64,000 nucleotides of DNA from Candidatus Altiarchaeales archaeon (GTDB lineage: Archaea; Altiarchaeota; Altiarchaeia; IMC4; SCGC-AAA252-I15), in contig WJMO01000006.1 of assembly GCA_014727915.1 (NCBI GenBank), positions 32,001-96,000 of the forward strand, written 5' to 3'. Shown here piece after piece: positions 46,056-55,176 of this stretch (position 1 is its first letter; every line of letters starts with the position of its first letter). The notes under the pieces are model-generated. The model was not told the DNA's origin. It made no database searches and was given only the letters and a program-made list of their open reading frames with translations. The translations under genes were made by a program, and so were the position numbers.

Positions 46056-47903
46056 ATGAGGAAGCGATCAGAGAAAGCACCTAGAGGACCGAACCTGGAC
46101 CATGCCATGGCAGCATACGCCATCCTGCTTTTCCTGTCCCTGGCCGCGAACATAGAAACATACCTTAACATAAACGATGAAGTCACCTACATGCTGATGG
46201 CGGACACCATTTCAAAGGGTAGGCTGGACATATGGAACGGAGCCGACGAGATGGACTCGGACGAGCTGGTCTTCCACGCCACATTCAAACAGGGGGGGAG
46301 GACATATGGAGTGCCTTCCCCCATGTACCAGTTACTCGCCCTGCCATTCTACCTGGCGCTGGGAGTGCGGGGCCTGATACTCATGAACACATTTTCATTC
46401 GCAGGCACGACACTGGTAGTATACCACATGTCCAAGAGCCTATTTGAGAGTGGTCGATTAGCAGCTTTGACGGCGGTATTCTACTCGATAATATCGTATT
46501 CGATGAAGTACAGCCTTGACCTTTGGCCGCACATGATTTCGGTATTCCTGGTCTCGCTATCAGCATGGCTTATTTTGAGGTGTAGACCCTGGGTTGCGGG
46601 GCTTGCGATGGGCTTCGCTGTGAGCATAAGGTACTCTAACATCCTGTTGCTAGGTGTTCTGGGCGCTTATGCACTAGCGCGGTCGGGGCGTGTGAAGACG
46701 GTCAGGTTCTTGTTGGGCTCGCTGCCGCCGGCTGCCGCAACGCTGTTAATGCTCCGCAGCATACACGGGACGTTTTCAAAGACGGGATACAACCCGGGGC
46801 AGAGCATCATCGAATACCTTTCCGCGGACGTGAAACCCTATCTTCTGATCCTGGCGGCGGCTTCGCTGATATCTTTCGCATTCGCGCGCAGGATGCGTGG
46901 ACTGAGAGCCGGAGCCATTGCGGGGTTGTCTTGTCTGCTAATGCTCTCAATCCTATTCACGTTCGAAGACCCTGGATTCACAGATAAAGCCATAAGCTCC
47001 CTGCGCATACTCTGCTCGGAGGTTGTTGACATGCAATCCCACCCGGACACCAGGGTACCCCATAGGAAGAAGAGCCTCCTCCAGGCCTCGCCCATACTTG
47101 CTCTCGCGCTGCTGGCGCCCCCGATACTGAGAAAAAGGGTAGGATTGTCGGGTGTGTTCCTCTTGTACGCGCCCTTTTCAAGCCTGGCATTGTTCTACAG
47201 CTCCTACCCCCTCAAACACGGGGGTTCTGTGATGTTCATGAGGTATTTCCTGGAGGCCGTTCCATTCCTGGCTATCGCATCCGCATACGCGCTGAGCAGC
47301 ATGGCAAGATTCGGCAGCGTTGAAACCACAGCTTCCAAGACCGGCCTGGCCGTCATCGTCTTCACCATGTTAGGGCCGCTACAGGGTTTGAGCGCGGATT
47401 TCGCGGGTTTTTTCCTTCGTTTTGTCCCTCTGACCCTTGCAGCCTCCCTGATAGTCTCCGGCGCAGCAGCCCATCATGGGAGGAGGTGTAGGAGGTTATT
47501 CCACGCTGCTTTGATATTGACTGTCGCATACAGCATCTCATCAAATGTGGTGGACACGACCGTGACAAAAAAATCCAAGGCTTTTGTGGGGGAGACCCTG
47601 GAGGATCTTGATGTCCTCGAGGAAGGTTCCACCGTGTTCGTCGGAGAAGACACCGGTTTCATAGCTGTGGGGCAGCTGAAGAAGGACCGCGGGATAAGGT
47701 TGGTGCAGGCCTCGATTGACGGCTTCAACGACAGCCAGAGGACAATGGAGCATTACGTCAGCTCGGGTGTGCCGGTTAACGTGGTCGAGGTGTTGTTCAT
47801 AAACAACACGGAGTACAGGAGGTTCATAGAATCCAACCTGTCCATGTACAGCCACAGCCAGAGTGAGGGGGAATATCTGAGGGTCTACCATGTCTCAAAG
47901 TAG
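46056..47903 (+). CDS. GT-C fold membrane glycosyltransferase (PMT/ArnT-like)
   Basis: 'NDEVTYMLMA' DE motif after TM1, many TM helices, 'IRYSN' and 'MRYFLE'. Confidence 0.7.
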   Translation: MRKRSEKAPRGPNLDHAMAAYAILLFLSLAANIETYLNINDEVTYMLMADTISKGRLDIWNGADEMDSDELVFHATFKQGGRTYGVPSPMYQLLALPFYLALGVRGLILMNTFSFAGTTLVVYHMSKSLFESGRLAALTAVFYSIISYSMKYSLDLWPHMISVFLVSLSAWLILRCRPWVAGLAMGFAVSIRYSNILLLGVLGAYALARSGRVKTVRFLLGSLPPAAATLLMLRSIHGTFSKTGYNPGQSIIEYLSADVKPYLLILAAASLISFAFARRMRGLRAGAIAGLSCLLMLSILFTFEDPGFTDKAISSLRILCSEVVDMQSHPDTRVPHRKKSLLQASPILALALLAPPILRKRVGLSGVFLLYAPFSSLALFYSSYPLKHGGSVMFMRYFLEAVPFLAIASAYALSSMARFGSVETTASKTGLAVIVFTMLGPLQGLSADFAGFFLRFVPLTLAASLIVSGAAAHHGRRCRRLFHAALILTVAYSISSNVVDTTVTKKSKAFVGETLEDLDVLEEGSTVFVGEDTGFIAVGQLKKDRGIRLVQASIDGFNDSQRTMEHYVSSGVPVNVVEVLFINNTEYRRFIESNLSMYSHSQSEGEYLRVYHVSK

Positions 47904-49722
47904 TTCAGGCGGGGATAGTAGGGGGTGGGGCAGGTATGCGATAGCATACTCCGCACTGCTCCTTATGGTGTTGGCTGCCAACATAAGGCCCGCCATCATA
48001 GTCAACGACGAGCTGAGCTACCTGCTGATGGCGGACACCATGTCAAGGGGGAGGCTGGGCATATGGAACGGAGCCGACGGGATGCGCTCTGATGAGCTGG
48101 TACTACACGGGTTCTCAGAGGCGGGCGGTGTACTGTACAGCCAGTACCCCCCGTTCTATGGGCTTCTAATGATGCCCTTCTACATTTTCGCAGGTGTTTG
48201 GGGCCTCGTGTTCGCTAACAGCCTGGCATTCTCCGCGACGGTGTTCCTCGTCTACCTGATCTCCGCCGAACTGTTCAGGGATAATAGGCTGGGTTTCTGC
48301 ATCTCGATCTTCTACTCCCTTTGCGCCTATTCCATCAAGTTCGGGTTGGAAGTCTGGCCGCACATGACCACCACTGCCTTGACCGCCGGGTCAGCGTATC
48401 TGCTATTGAAGGGGAAGCCCGTGCTTTCAGGTTTTATGCTCGGGGTTGCGGCGGGCGTCAGGTACCCGAACGCGATCCTGTTGCTCGCTTTAGCCACCTA
48501 CGCTGCATGGACTCTCGGATGGCGTGGAGGAGCCAAAGTCGTCTTAGGAGGGGCTGCGCCAATAGCCGCGATACTGGCCTTTAACATGCGAGTTTACGGG
48601 TCATTGACTAGGCTGGGATACGATAACGGCTTGGACGTGTTCGAATACCTAGGGCGTGAGGGGTGGCTTGTCTATCTTCCACTGGCCGCTTTAGCCTTGG
48701 TTTCGGCCTATACCTTCTGGAGGTGTGGGAGGGGTGTGAGAGCATGGCATGTCCTGGCTGTAGTGGCGATCCTGTCCGCTGTCGTCCTGGCGTCCGACCC
48801 ACTGGCTCCTGGGAGGTTGCGGACTTCCGCTAGGATATTATACGGTGAGCTGGTTGACTTCCAGGTTCACCCAGGGTATTCGGGTGATGGGAACAAGAAG
48901 AGCGTGCTGCAGGCCTCGCCCATACTTGCGCTGGCGTTGACTGCGCCGGCACTAATAAGGAGGGATGTCGGTTTGGAACGGACGGCCCTATTGTATATGC
49001 CAGCGTCTGTGCTGGCTGTCTTCTTCACCATGTTCAAGGACATGCACGGGGGTAACGTGATGTATGTGAGGTACCTCTTGGACGGCATACCATTCCTCGC
49101 CATCGCAGCGGGTTACGCGGTAAGCAAGCTACTGGAAGCGAGGAGATGGGATTCCATACTTTCTGCGACTGTGGGTTATGCGCTTTTATTCTTCGCACTA
49201 TCGCCGCTGCAGTTCCTGCCCGGCCCAGGAGCCGAGCTGATGGTCCGGGCACTGCCTATTTCGACAGGCCTGCTGCTATTGGCATCAGCAATACACCGCG
49301 GAGGAAGAGGTAAGGCATTGTTACAGGCGATGATCATAATGTCCGCTGGCACCGGCTTGGCCTTTAACATGTCGGATTCCGTGAGAACCATGACAGGCAG
49401 GCAGATCACATTAGAGTCCCTAGAAGGGCTGGAGGTTGCGGAGTATGATTCTGCCTTCATCGTCGGCGACGACCTGGACGCCGTGAAAGTCGGGTTGTTG
49501 AAGCTGGACAGGAGGGTCAGATTGGCGGACGCTTCAAGGGACGGTTTCAAGGATGCGAACATGCTGCTTGAACATTACATGGGGGAGGGGCTGCCCGTCT
49601 ATGCGGTCGAAGCCAACAATACCCGGTTCGGGGAGTTCCTCGAGTCTGCGAGGGGAAGATGGGAACACACGAGCTTTGAGGCTGGCAGGATGCATATCAC
49701 CCGCTTCAAAGGCGAAGGTTGA
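47890..49722 (+). CDS. GT-C fold membrane glycosyltransferase, tandem paralogue
   Basis: 'NDELSYLLMADT', 'IWNGAD', 'WPHM' and 'KKSVLQASPILALAL' shared with 46056-47903. Confidence 0.7.
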   Translation: MSQSSSGGDSRGWGRYAIAYSALLLMVLAANIRPAIIVNDELSYLLMADTMSRGRLGIWNGADGMRSDELVLHGFSEAGGVLYSQYPPFYGLLMMPFYIFAGVWGLVFANSLAFSATVFLVYLISAELFRDNRLGFCISIFYSLCAYSIKFGLEVWPHMTTTALTAGSAYLLLKGKPVLSGFMLGVAAGVRYPNAILLLALATYAAWTLGWRGGAKVVLGGAAPIAAILAFNMRVYGSLTRLGYDNGLDVFEYLGREGWLVYLPLAALALVSAYTFWRCGRGVRAWHVLAVVAILSAVVLASDPLAPGRLRTSARILYGELVDFQVHPGYSGDGNKKSVLQASPILALALTAPALIRRDVGLERTALLYMPASVLAVFFTMFKDMHGGNVMYVRYLLDGIPFLAIAAGYAVSKLLEARRWDSILSATVGYALLFFALSPLQFLPGPGAELMVRALPISTGLLLLASAIHRGGRGKALLQAMIIMSAGTGLAFNMSDSVRTMTGRQITLESLEGLEVAEYDSAFIVGDDLDAVKVGLLKLDRRVRLADASRDGFKDANMLLEHYMGEGLPVYAVEANNTRFGEFLESARGRWEHTSFEAGRMHITRFKGEG

Positions 49723-49753
49723 ACCCCACACTATTATTATACGGTGCAATAAT

Positions 49754-50569
49754 ATGTACGAGACGATGAAACCGGACCTCTCGCCCAGGACGATGGAATT
49801 GGATGTCAACTACGTCCGCCAGCTGCTTGGCGTCGACTTGGAACCTGACAGGGTGAAGGATCTCCTGGAGAGGATGCGGTTCGGCGTCGGAGGCAAAGGC
49901 GATACGCTGGAGGTCAGCATACCCGCCTTCAGGTCCGACATACTGCACCCGATAGACCTTGTGGAGGACGTGGCCATAGCATATGGTTACATGAAATTCG
50001 ACCCGGAGGTCCCGAGACTGTACACCCTGGGCCGGGAGGACGGGATGGAGTCCTACTGTGAGACTGTCAGGGAGGCCATGGTCGGCCTGGGTTTCAGGGA
50101 GGCCATGACGTTGGTGCTCACTAGCAGGCGGGACCTGTTCGAGAGGATGCACATCCCCGAGGAGGATGTGGTCGAGACCGTTAAGCCGGTCAGCCAGGAC
50201 CAGAGCGTTGCACGCTCATGGCTTCTCCCGTCGCTGATGGGAGTGTTGGAGAACAACAGGAACCGCGAGTACCCTCAGCGCATCTTCGAAGTGGGGGATG
50301 TCCTATCAGCTGACGGGTCGAACCGTAAGGCAGTGGCCGGCGTTATCGCCCATGGCAAGACAAACTACAGCGAGGTTAAGGCTGTGGTCTCGGGCCTGTT
50401 GAGGTGCCTGGGTTTGGGCGGTGGTGAGGAGGGGTTCGAACACGGGTCCTTCATAAAGGGCAGGTGCGGGAGGAGCAAGTACGGATTCTACGGCGAGGTC
50501 AGGCCGGAAGTCCTGGAGAGCTATGGTTTGGAGGTTCCGGTAACGGCCTTCGAGTTCAGGCTGGAGTGA
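49754..50569 (+). CDS. pheT: Phenylalanine--tRNA ligase beta subunit, C-terminal half only (B5 plus catalytic-like domain)
   Basis: 'IPAFRSDILHPIDLVEDVAIAYGY', 'RSWLLPSL' and 'YPQRIFEVGDV'; only ~271 aa, starting just before B5. Confidence 0.85.
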   Translation: MYETMKPDLSPRTMELDVNYVRQLLGVDLEPDRVKDLLERMRFGVGGKGDTLEVSIPAFRSDILHPIDLVEDVAIAYGYMKFDPEVPRLYTLGREDGMESYCETVREAMVGLGFREAMTLVLTSRRDLFERMHIPEEDVVETVKPVSQDQSVARSWLLPSLMGVLENNRNREYPQRIFEVGDVLSADGSNRKAVAGVIAHGKTNYSEVKAVVSGLLRCLGLGGGEEGFEHGSFIKGRCGRSKYGFYGEVRPEVLESYGLEVPVTAFEFRLE

Positions 50570-50582
50570 CATTTAACTGAGA

Positions 50583-51671
50583 ATGGATTCTCACAGTGAA
50601 TACGTTTTGAGGAAGCTCTTGAACGAGTTGGAAGGGAAAGTTGGCAGACACACCGAGCTGATATCAGTGTATGTCCCGGCAGGCTATGACCTTAACAATG
50701 TGATGAGCCAGCTCGCCTCGGAGCAGGGGACCGCTACCAACATCAAGTCCAAGGCCACCCGGAAGAACGTGGTGGACGCGTTGGAGAGGGCGATGCAGCA
50801 CCTGCGGCTCTACAAGCAGACGCCGGCGAACGGGCTGGTGCTGTTCAGCGGGAACGTGAGCGAACGCGACGGCCAGCAGGACCTCCAGGTCTGGGCTTTC
50901 GAGCCGCCGGAGCCCATATCGACAAGGTTATACAGGTGCGATAAGAACTTCATATTGGATCCGTTGAAGGACATGATCGCTCCGAAGGATGTCTACGGCC
51001 TCATCGCAGTGGACAACAAGGAGGCGACGATCGCCACTTTGAAGGGCAGCAGGTATGTGATACAGAAGAAGCTCACCTCAGGCTACAGCGGCAAGCACCG
51101 GGCAGGGGGGCAGAGCGCCCGGAGATTCGAGCGGCTGATCAGCGAACAGTCACATAACTTCAAGAAGCGGATCGGGGAGATGGTCAACGAAGTATTCCTA
51201 CCTATAATCAAGGATGTGAGGGGGTTGGTGATCGGGGGTCCGGCGGCGACCAAGGAGGATTTCGTGGACGGGGACTACATCCACCACGAGCTGAAGAAGA
51301 AGATCATCGCCGTGAAGGACATAACCTACACGGACGAGTCGGGCATCAGGGAGCTGATCAACGCCTCCGAGGAGGACTTGAGGGAGGTGGAGATGGTACG
51401 GCAGAAGTCGCTGATGCAACGTTTCATGAAGGAGCTAATAGAGGATGGCCTAGCATCCTACGGACCCGACCTGGAGGGGGCGTTGGACGCGAACGCAGTC
51501 GACACCCTGCTAATGTCGGACAAACTCGACGACAAGGAAGTTGACAGACTGTACGAGAAGGCCAAGCAGGCAGGGTCGAACATCGAGATAATGAACGACG
51601 AATTCGAAGAAGGCTTCCAACTGTGGAACACCTTCAAGGGCAAAGCAGCAATACTAAGATACAAGATATGA
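50583..51671 (+). CDS. prf1: Peptide chain release factor aRF1
   Basis: 'TELISVYVP', NIKS, 'YRCDKNF' and 'GGQSARRFER'. Confidence 0.97.
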   Translation: MDSHSEYVLRKLLNELEGKVGRHTELISVYVPAGYDLNNVMSQLASEQGTATNIKSKATRKNVVDALERAMQHLRLYKQTPANGLVLFSGNVSERDGQQDLQVWAFEPPEPISTRLYRCDKNFILDPLKDMIAPKDVYGLIAVDNKEATIATLKGSRYVIQKKLTSGYSGKHRAGGQSARRFERLISEQSHNFKKRIGEMVNEVFLPIIKDVRGLVIGGPAATKEDFVDGDYIHHELKKKIIAVKDITYTDESGIRELINASEEDLREVEMVRQKSLMQRFMKELIEDGLASYGPDLEGALDANAVDTLLMSDKLDDKEVDRLYEKAKQAGSNIEIMNDEFEEGFQLWNTFKGKAAILRYKI

Positions 51672-51798
51672 TCATATCCGGGTGTATGCTGCGAGCACAG
51701 CGAACAGCATGGGCGGTTTCTCGTCGGGAAACTCCGGCTTAGCCATACTAAGATGCAAAGTTCAGGGTTTTTCAGTGGGCTCGAGCCGAAGGCGGATC

Positions 51799-53190
51799 TT
51801 ATTCCTGTATTGTCCCTGGTGGCAGTATGTCTTCTGCGACTGCCCGGAATACTCCGCCGAGCTTGGCGGCCCGCTCCAGTGATACTGCCACTCTGTTCTT
51901 CAGTTCGGGTGTCTGGTAGGCGGGTTCTATCCTGGCTCTGAGCTCCTCGCTCAGGGGCTGGTTCGTCTGGGCTGCCCGCTGCTCGGCCACGCGGCCCAAA
52001 GCGATTATGAGATGGGTTAGCCTGCTGGCGGGGTTGTCTGTCAGGCCATGTGATTCGACGACGGCGCGGAAGAGTGTGGGGTAGTCGTTGCCGCGTTCGG
52101 CTTCGGCAAGCCACCGGTTCGTGTCGGGTGGCAGGAACAGGGGAGCCGAAGCCCTGCCCGTCAGATAACATGAAGTGCTCATCTGGTCGACTGTCCTCTT
52201 CACGTCCTCGCCGTGCTGGGGGTCCGCTATCAATCCCCGCATGCCCTGCCTGTACAGGGATTCAGCTGACACCTTAGGCCTTCTCTGGCTGAAGTACTGG
52301 CATTCCCTCCTGACCACCTCCAATAGCGCGCGGGTGCCGCCGTGCGGTACCGCGGCTGCCAAGTGGTCCCTCAGAGGGGCTGTTATGAGTCTGGGCCTGC
52401 CCCCTTCCTGTTGGAACCTGAAGGTCCGGGCCAATTCCCCCTCCCCAAGCGGGATCTCGCTGTGCTGAAGCCTGTTCAGTGAATGCTGGGGGACTGCATA
52501 CAATGTTGGAGGCAGCTCGTCCCTGCCGGGTTGAAGCTCCTCTACCGGCTGGAAGTCAATCTGAGTCTCTGCAGCTCCGCCTTGAGCCGGGCCTCCACCG
52601 GCTGCGCCAGATTGGGCTGCGCCTCCGCTGGCTTCGCCGGCCTGGGCTGGTGGTCCGGCGGCGGGTGCTTTCTGCCCTGTCATGCCGCCGGGCGGGTGTG
52701 GCTGCTCGTCCCGGACTAGTGTCGCGTGATTTTCATGGACCCGGGACGCCTGCCATATCATCTGCCTTAGTATGGGCTTGTCCCGTTCGGGTATGCCCAT
52801 CCCATCTATTAGGGGCGGCATGTCCTGCATTGTCAAGCTGCCTTCCATGGCATGGCTGAACATCTCGCCCGGGTTTCCCCCTGCCTTTTTGGCCTGGGCG
52901 CAGCATGCCTTGAACACCAATGTCATTGCGGAGAGTACGTGGTAGGCGTCAGGTCTTATCCCGTCGTCGGCGCTTATGCACTCCCGCATCAGCTGCCTTG
53001 TGGTATCGGGGCTTTCCGCCAGCCATCCCCTCACAGCCTCCACCTGGGCCGGTTCCTGACGCTCTCTCAGAGCATCACAGGAGGGGTCCATGCCCGCGAT
53101 CGACGGCATCATCGTCTGACCGATGTACTTCAACACGCCACTAACCTGCTGCTGAAGAACATCACCCTGCCGGCCGCCAACATACTTCAC
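51799..53190 (-). CDS. Hypothetical protein with central Gly/Ala/Pro linker
   Basis: 463-aa ORF, AT-rich upstream region; no recognisable motif. Confidence 0.55.
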   Translation of the reverse strand: MKYVGGRQGDVLQQQVSGVLKYIGQTMMPSIAGMDPSCDALRERQEPAQVEAVRGWLAESPDTTRQLMRECISADDGIRPDAYHVLSAMTLVFKACCAQAKKAGGNPGEMFSHAMEGSLTMQDMPPLIDGMGIPERDKPILRQMIWQASRVHENHATLVRDEQPHPPGGMTGQKAPAAGPPAQAGEASGGAAQSGAAGGGPAQGGAAETQIDFQPVEELQPGRDELPPTLYAVPQHSLNRLQHSEIPLGEGELARTFRFQQEGGRPRLITAPLRDHLAAAVPHGGTRALLEVVRRECQYFSQRRPKVSAESLYRQGMRGLIADPQHGEDVKRTVDQMSTSCYLTGRASAPLFLPPDTNRWLAEAERGNDYPTLFRAVVESHGLTDNPASRLTHLIIALGRVAEQRAAQTNQPLSEELRARIEPAYQTPELKNRVAVSLERAAKLGGVFRAVAEDILPPGTIQE

Positions 53191-53249
53191 TGTAATAAAA
53201 AATAGTACAAAACAAACTTAAATAATGTACAAAAGAAAGCAACGGTTTT

Positions 53250-53741
53250 TCATTGTTGTATGTCTACGGTGGTGTTGGTGAATAGCAGGGTGTCTTCGAC
53301 TGATACTTCGGCTATGATGTTGTAGTTGCCTTCTCTTATGCCGTAGCAGGTGTTGCATGGGGGGGTCTGGTATTTGAGGGCGAGGTTGTTGGTTCCTTTT
53401 TCGAGTGTTCGGTTGACTCTGAGCCGCAGGTGCTCCTGGTTCCTTGATTTTATGCCATGAACCCATATCTGGGCTTCGACCTCCCGGTTCGCGTCTATGG
53501 TCAGGTTCAGCCACATGGTCTCCCTGCTCCGGTAGAGGCTGCGGTCGGTTTTCAGAGACATCTGGGATAGGCTCAGCCGGGTTTTGGTTTTCGCCGGGCA
53601 TTCTGGGAAGTTGCAGTCTGGGAGGGTGCGGTTCAGGGTGGTCCCGTCCGGGCAGGTCAGGGCGTCCTTGGGGCAGTTGAAAGGCTGTTCGGACAGGCAC
53701 CCGCACAGCAGTAGGACTATCGCCAACGACATTAGCCGCAT
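53250..53741 (-). CDS. Lipoprotein with CPDG Cys-knot motif and Ig-like domain
   Basis: Signal ending LCGCL; 'CPKDALTCPDGTTLNRTLPDCNFPECP'. Confidence 0.7.
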   Translation of the reverse strand: MRLMSLAIVLLLCGCLSEQPFNCPKDALTCPDGTTLNRTLPDCNFPECPAKTKTRLSLSQMSLKTDRSLYRSRETMWLNLTIDANREVEAQIWVHGIKSRNQEHLRLRVNRTLEKGTNNLALKYQTPPCNTCYGIREGNYNIIAEVSVEDTLLFTNTTVDIQQ

Positions 53742-53744
53742 CTT

Positions 53745-54074
53745 CTACTCCTCATTCCTTGCTGCTCTCCTGGCTTCGCCGACCTTTGCCTCGCAGGCGT
53801 CCCTCTGTGACATCCGGTCGTGCTGCCTGCAGGGGAAGTAGTCAAGCACTGCGATGGATACCTCGTCTATGCATTGGGCCCTGCGGTCCGCGTCCATTAT
53901 GTCCCTGCACCCCACCGCGTTAAGGTCGTATACGCTCTTGTTGTACAGGCAGTCCTCATAGGCTGCCCTGTCTGTTATGGTCTCGCAGTCTATCTGCCCC
54001 GGCTGGTCGTAGTAGTCGCATCCTGAGATCGAGAGTACCACTGCGACCGCGGCCAGCAGGTATAGGACCCTCAT
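53745..54074 (-). CDS. Small lipoprotein with Cys-paired helical repeats
   Basis: Signal ending ISGC; three C-x11-C units with ~26-aa periodicity. Confidence 0.7.
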   Translation of the reverse strand: MRVLYLLAAVAVVLSISGCDYYDQPGQIDCETITDRAAYEDCLYNKSVYDLNAVGCRDIMDADRRAQCIDEVSIAVLDYFPCRQHDRMSQRDACEAKVGEARRAARNEE

Positions 54075-54193
54075 GGTAAGGTTTATGTAGTACAGGGATA
54101 TAAGAGAGGGGAGGAAAAGCCCCGGTTGTTCAGGTCTGTTCAGGTGTAACCTTATAGTGTGTTCATGTCTTATGTTGGTTTGAGGTGAAACAT

Positions 54194-54277
54194 ATGGTTT
54201 CGGACAGGATGTATTTCACGCTGCTGGGTTTGGCGATGACTGCGGCTTTCGCCGTGGCTTTGATACGGACGGTCTAG
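54194..54277 (+). CDS. Putative 27-aa membrane peptide (not in ORF track)
   Basis: MVSDRMYFTLLGLAMTAAFAVALIRTV*, preceded by GAGGTGA at 54182-54188. Confidence 0.45.
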   Translation: MVSDRMYFTLLGLAMTAAFAVALIRTV

Positions 54278-54960
54278 CCTATCATGCGCTTGTACCATAC
54301 GAACCAGGGCGTGTCCAGCAATCCGATTACGTTCTTGGTCACGATCTGCCCTATTATCAGCGGCATCAAGGGCGTTCCCGTTCCTGCGAATGCGAGGGGT
54401 ACGAATATGAGGCTGTCAAGGGTGAGGTCTGCGAAGTCGCTTCCTATGCTCCTTAACACGACCTGTCGGGGCATCTTCTCCTTAAGCTTGGTGAACACCC
54501 AGGCGTCGATGTTCTGGTTTATGAGGAATGATATCCACGAGGCTATGGTTATGCGTATGCTTAGGCCGAATATGCCCTGCCAGACGCTCTCGTGCTCGAA
54601 GAACGGGGCTGGGGGTAGGGTGTTGGTCATGTAGAAGAACAGTACCAGCAGGACCTGGGTGGTGAAGGCGATGCCTATGGCCAACTGGGTCTTCTTCATC
54701 CCGTAGACTTCGTTTATCATGTCTATGGCCTGGGCGATGAACGGGTAGATGAAGACCGCGGCGGGGGCGAAGAAGCTGATGAACCCCAGGTCGAAGTCTA
54801 TTATCCTGACGGCGATTATCTGGGACGCGCCCAGGTAGATCACATAGAATGCGGTCAAGGCTGCGAACCCGTGTTCCCTGTGCCTCCTGACGATGTAGGC
54901 GCTCGCGTACGTCACAATAGTCAGTGAGATTATCCAGTAGATCCAAATGGTTGTTATCAT
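54274..54960 (-). CDS. Queuosine/archaeosine precursor transporter (YhhQ/VUT family)
   Basis: ~6 TM; 'YPFIAQAIDMINEVYG', 'RITIASWISFLINQNID', 'DSLIFVPLAF' and 'LLDTPW'. Confidence 0.85.
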   Translation of the reverse strand: MITTIWIYWIISLTIVTYASAYIVRRHREHGFAALTAFYVIYLGASQIIAVRIIDFDLGFISFFAPAAVFIYPFIAQAIDMINEVYGMKKTQLAIGIAFTTQVLLVLFFYMTNTLPPAPFFEHESVWQGIFGLSIRITIASWISFLINQNIDAWVFTKLKEKMPRQVVLRSIGSDFADLTLDSLIFVPLAFAGTGTPLMPLIIGQIVTKNVIGLLDTPWFVWYKRMIG

Positions 54961-55124
54961 TCTATCCTCCCGTGGCGGCGGTCCACCTCGTCCATCTGGT
55001 CCAGCATCTTACGGCAGGCCGTCCTCACCGCATCCGACAGGTTCACGAACTTCTTGTCGTCTCCTATGTGCTCCTGCAGGTCATCCAGGATGTGCTGCGG
55101 AACCTCCACACAAACACGAGGCAT
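54957..55124 (-). CDS. CopG/RHH family transcription regulator
   Basis: 'MPRVCVEVPQHILDDL...KFVNLSDAVRTACR'; ATGA overlap with the transporter. Confidence 0.75.
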   Translation of the reverse strand: MPRVCVEVPQHILDDLQEHIGDDKKFVNLSDAVRTACRKMLDQMDEVDRRHGRIE

Positions 55125-55176
55125 AATACCACAATATGAACAGAGTAATACTGCATTCATATATAAAAATGGGTCG

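Noticed and set aside
49553-49753. Upstream in-frame extension of pheT as a remnant of the missing domains
   Set aside because: It overlaps the glycosyltransferase 3' end and shows no PheT-like sequence
51672-51746. 24-codon minus-strand ORF (MAKPEFPDEKPPMLFAVLAAYTRI)
   Set aside because: Too short, no supporting signals
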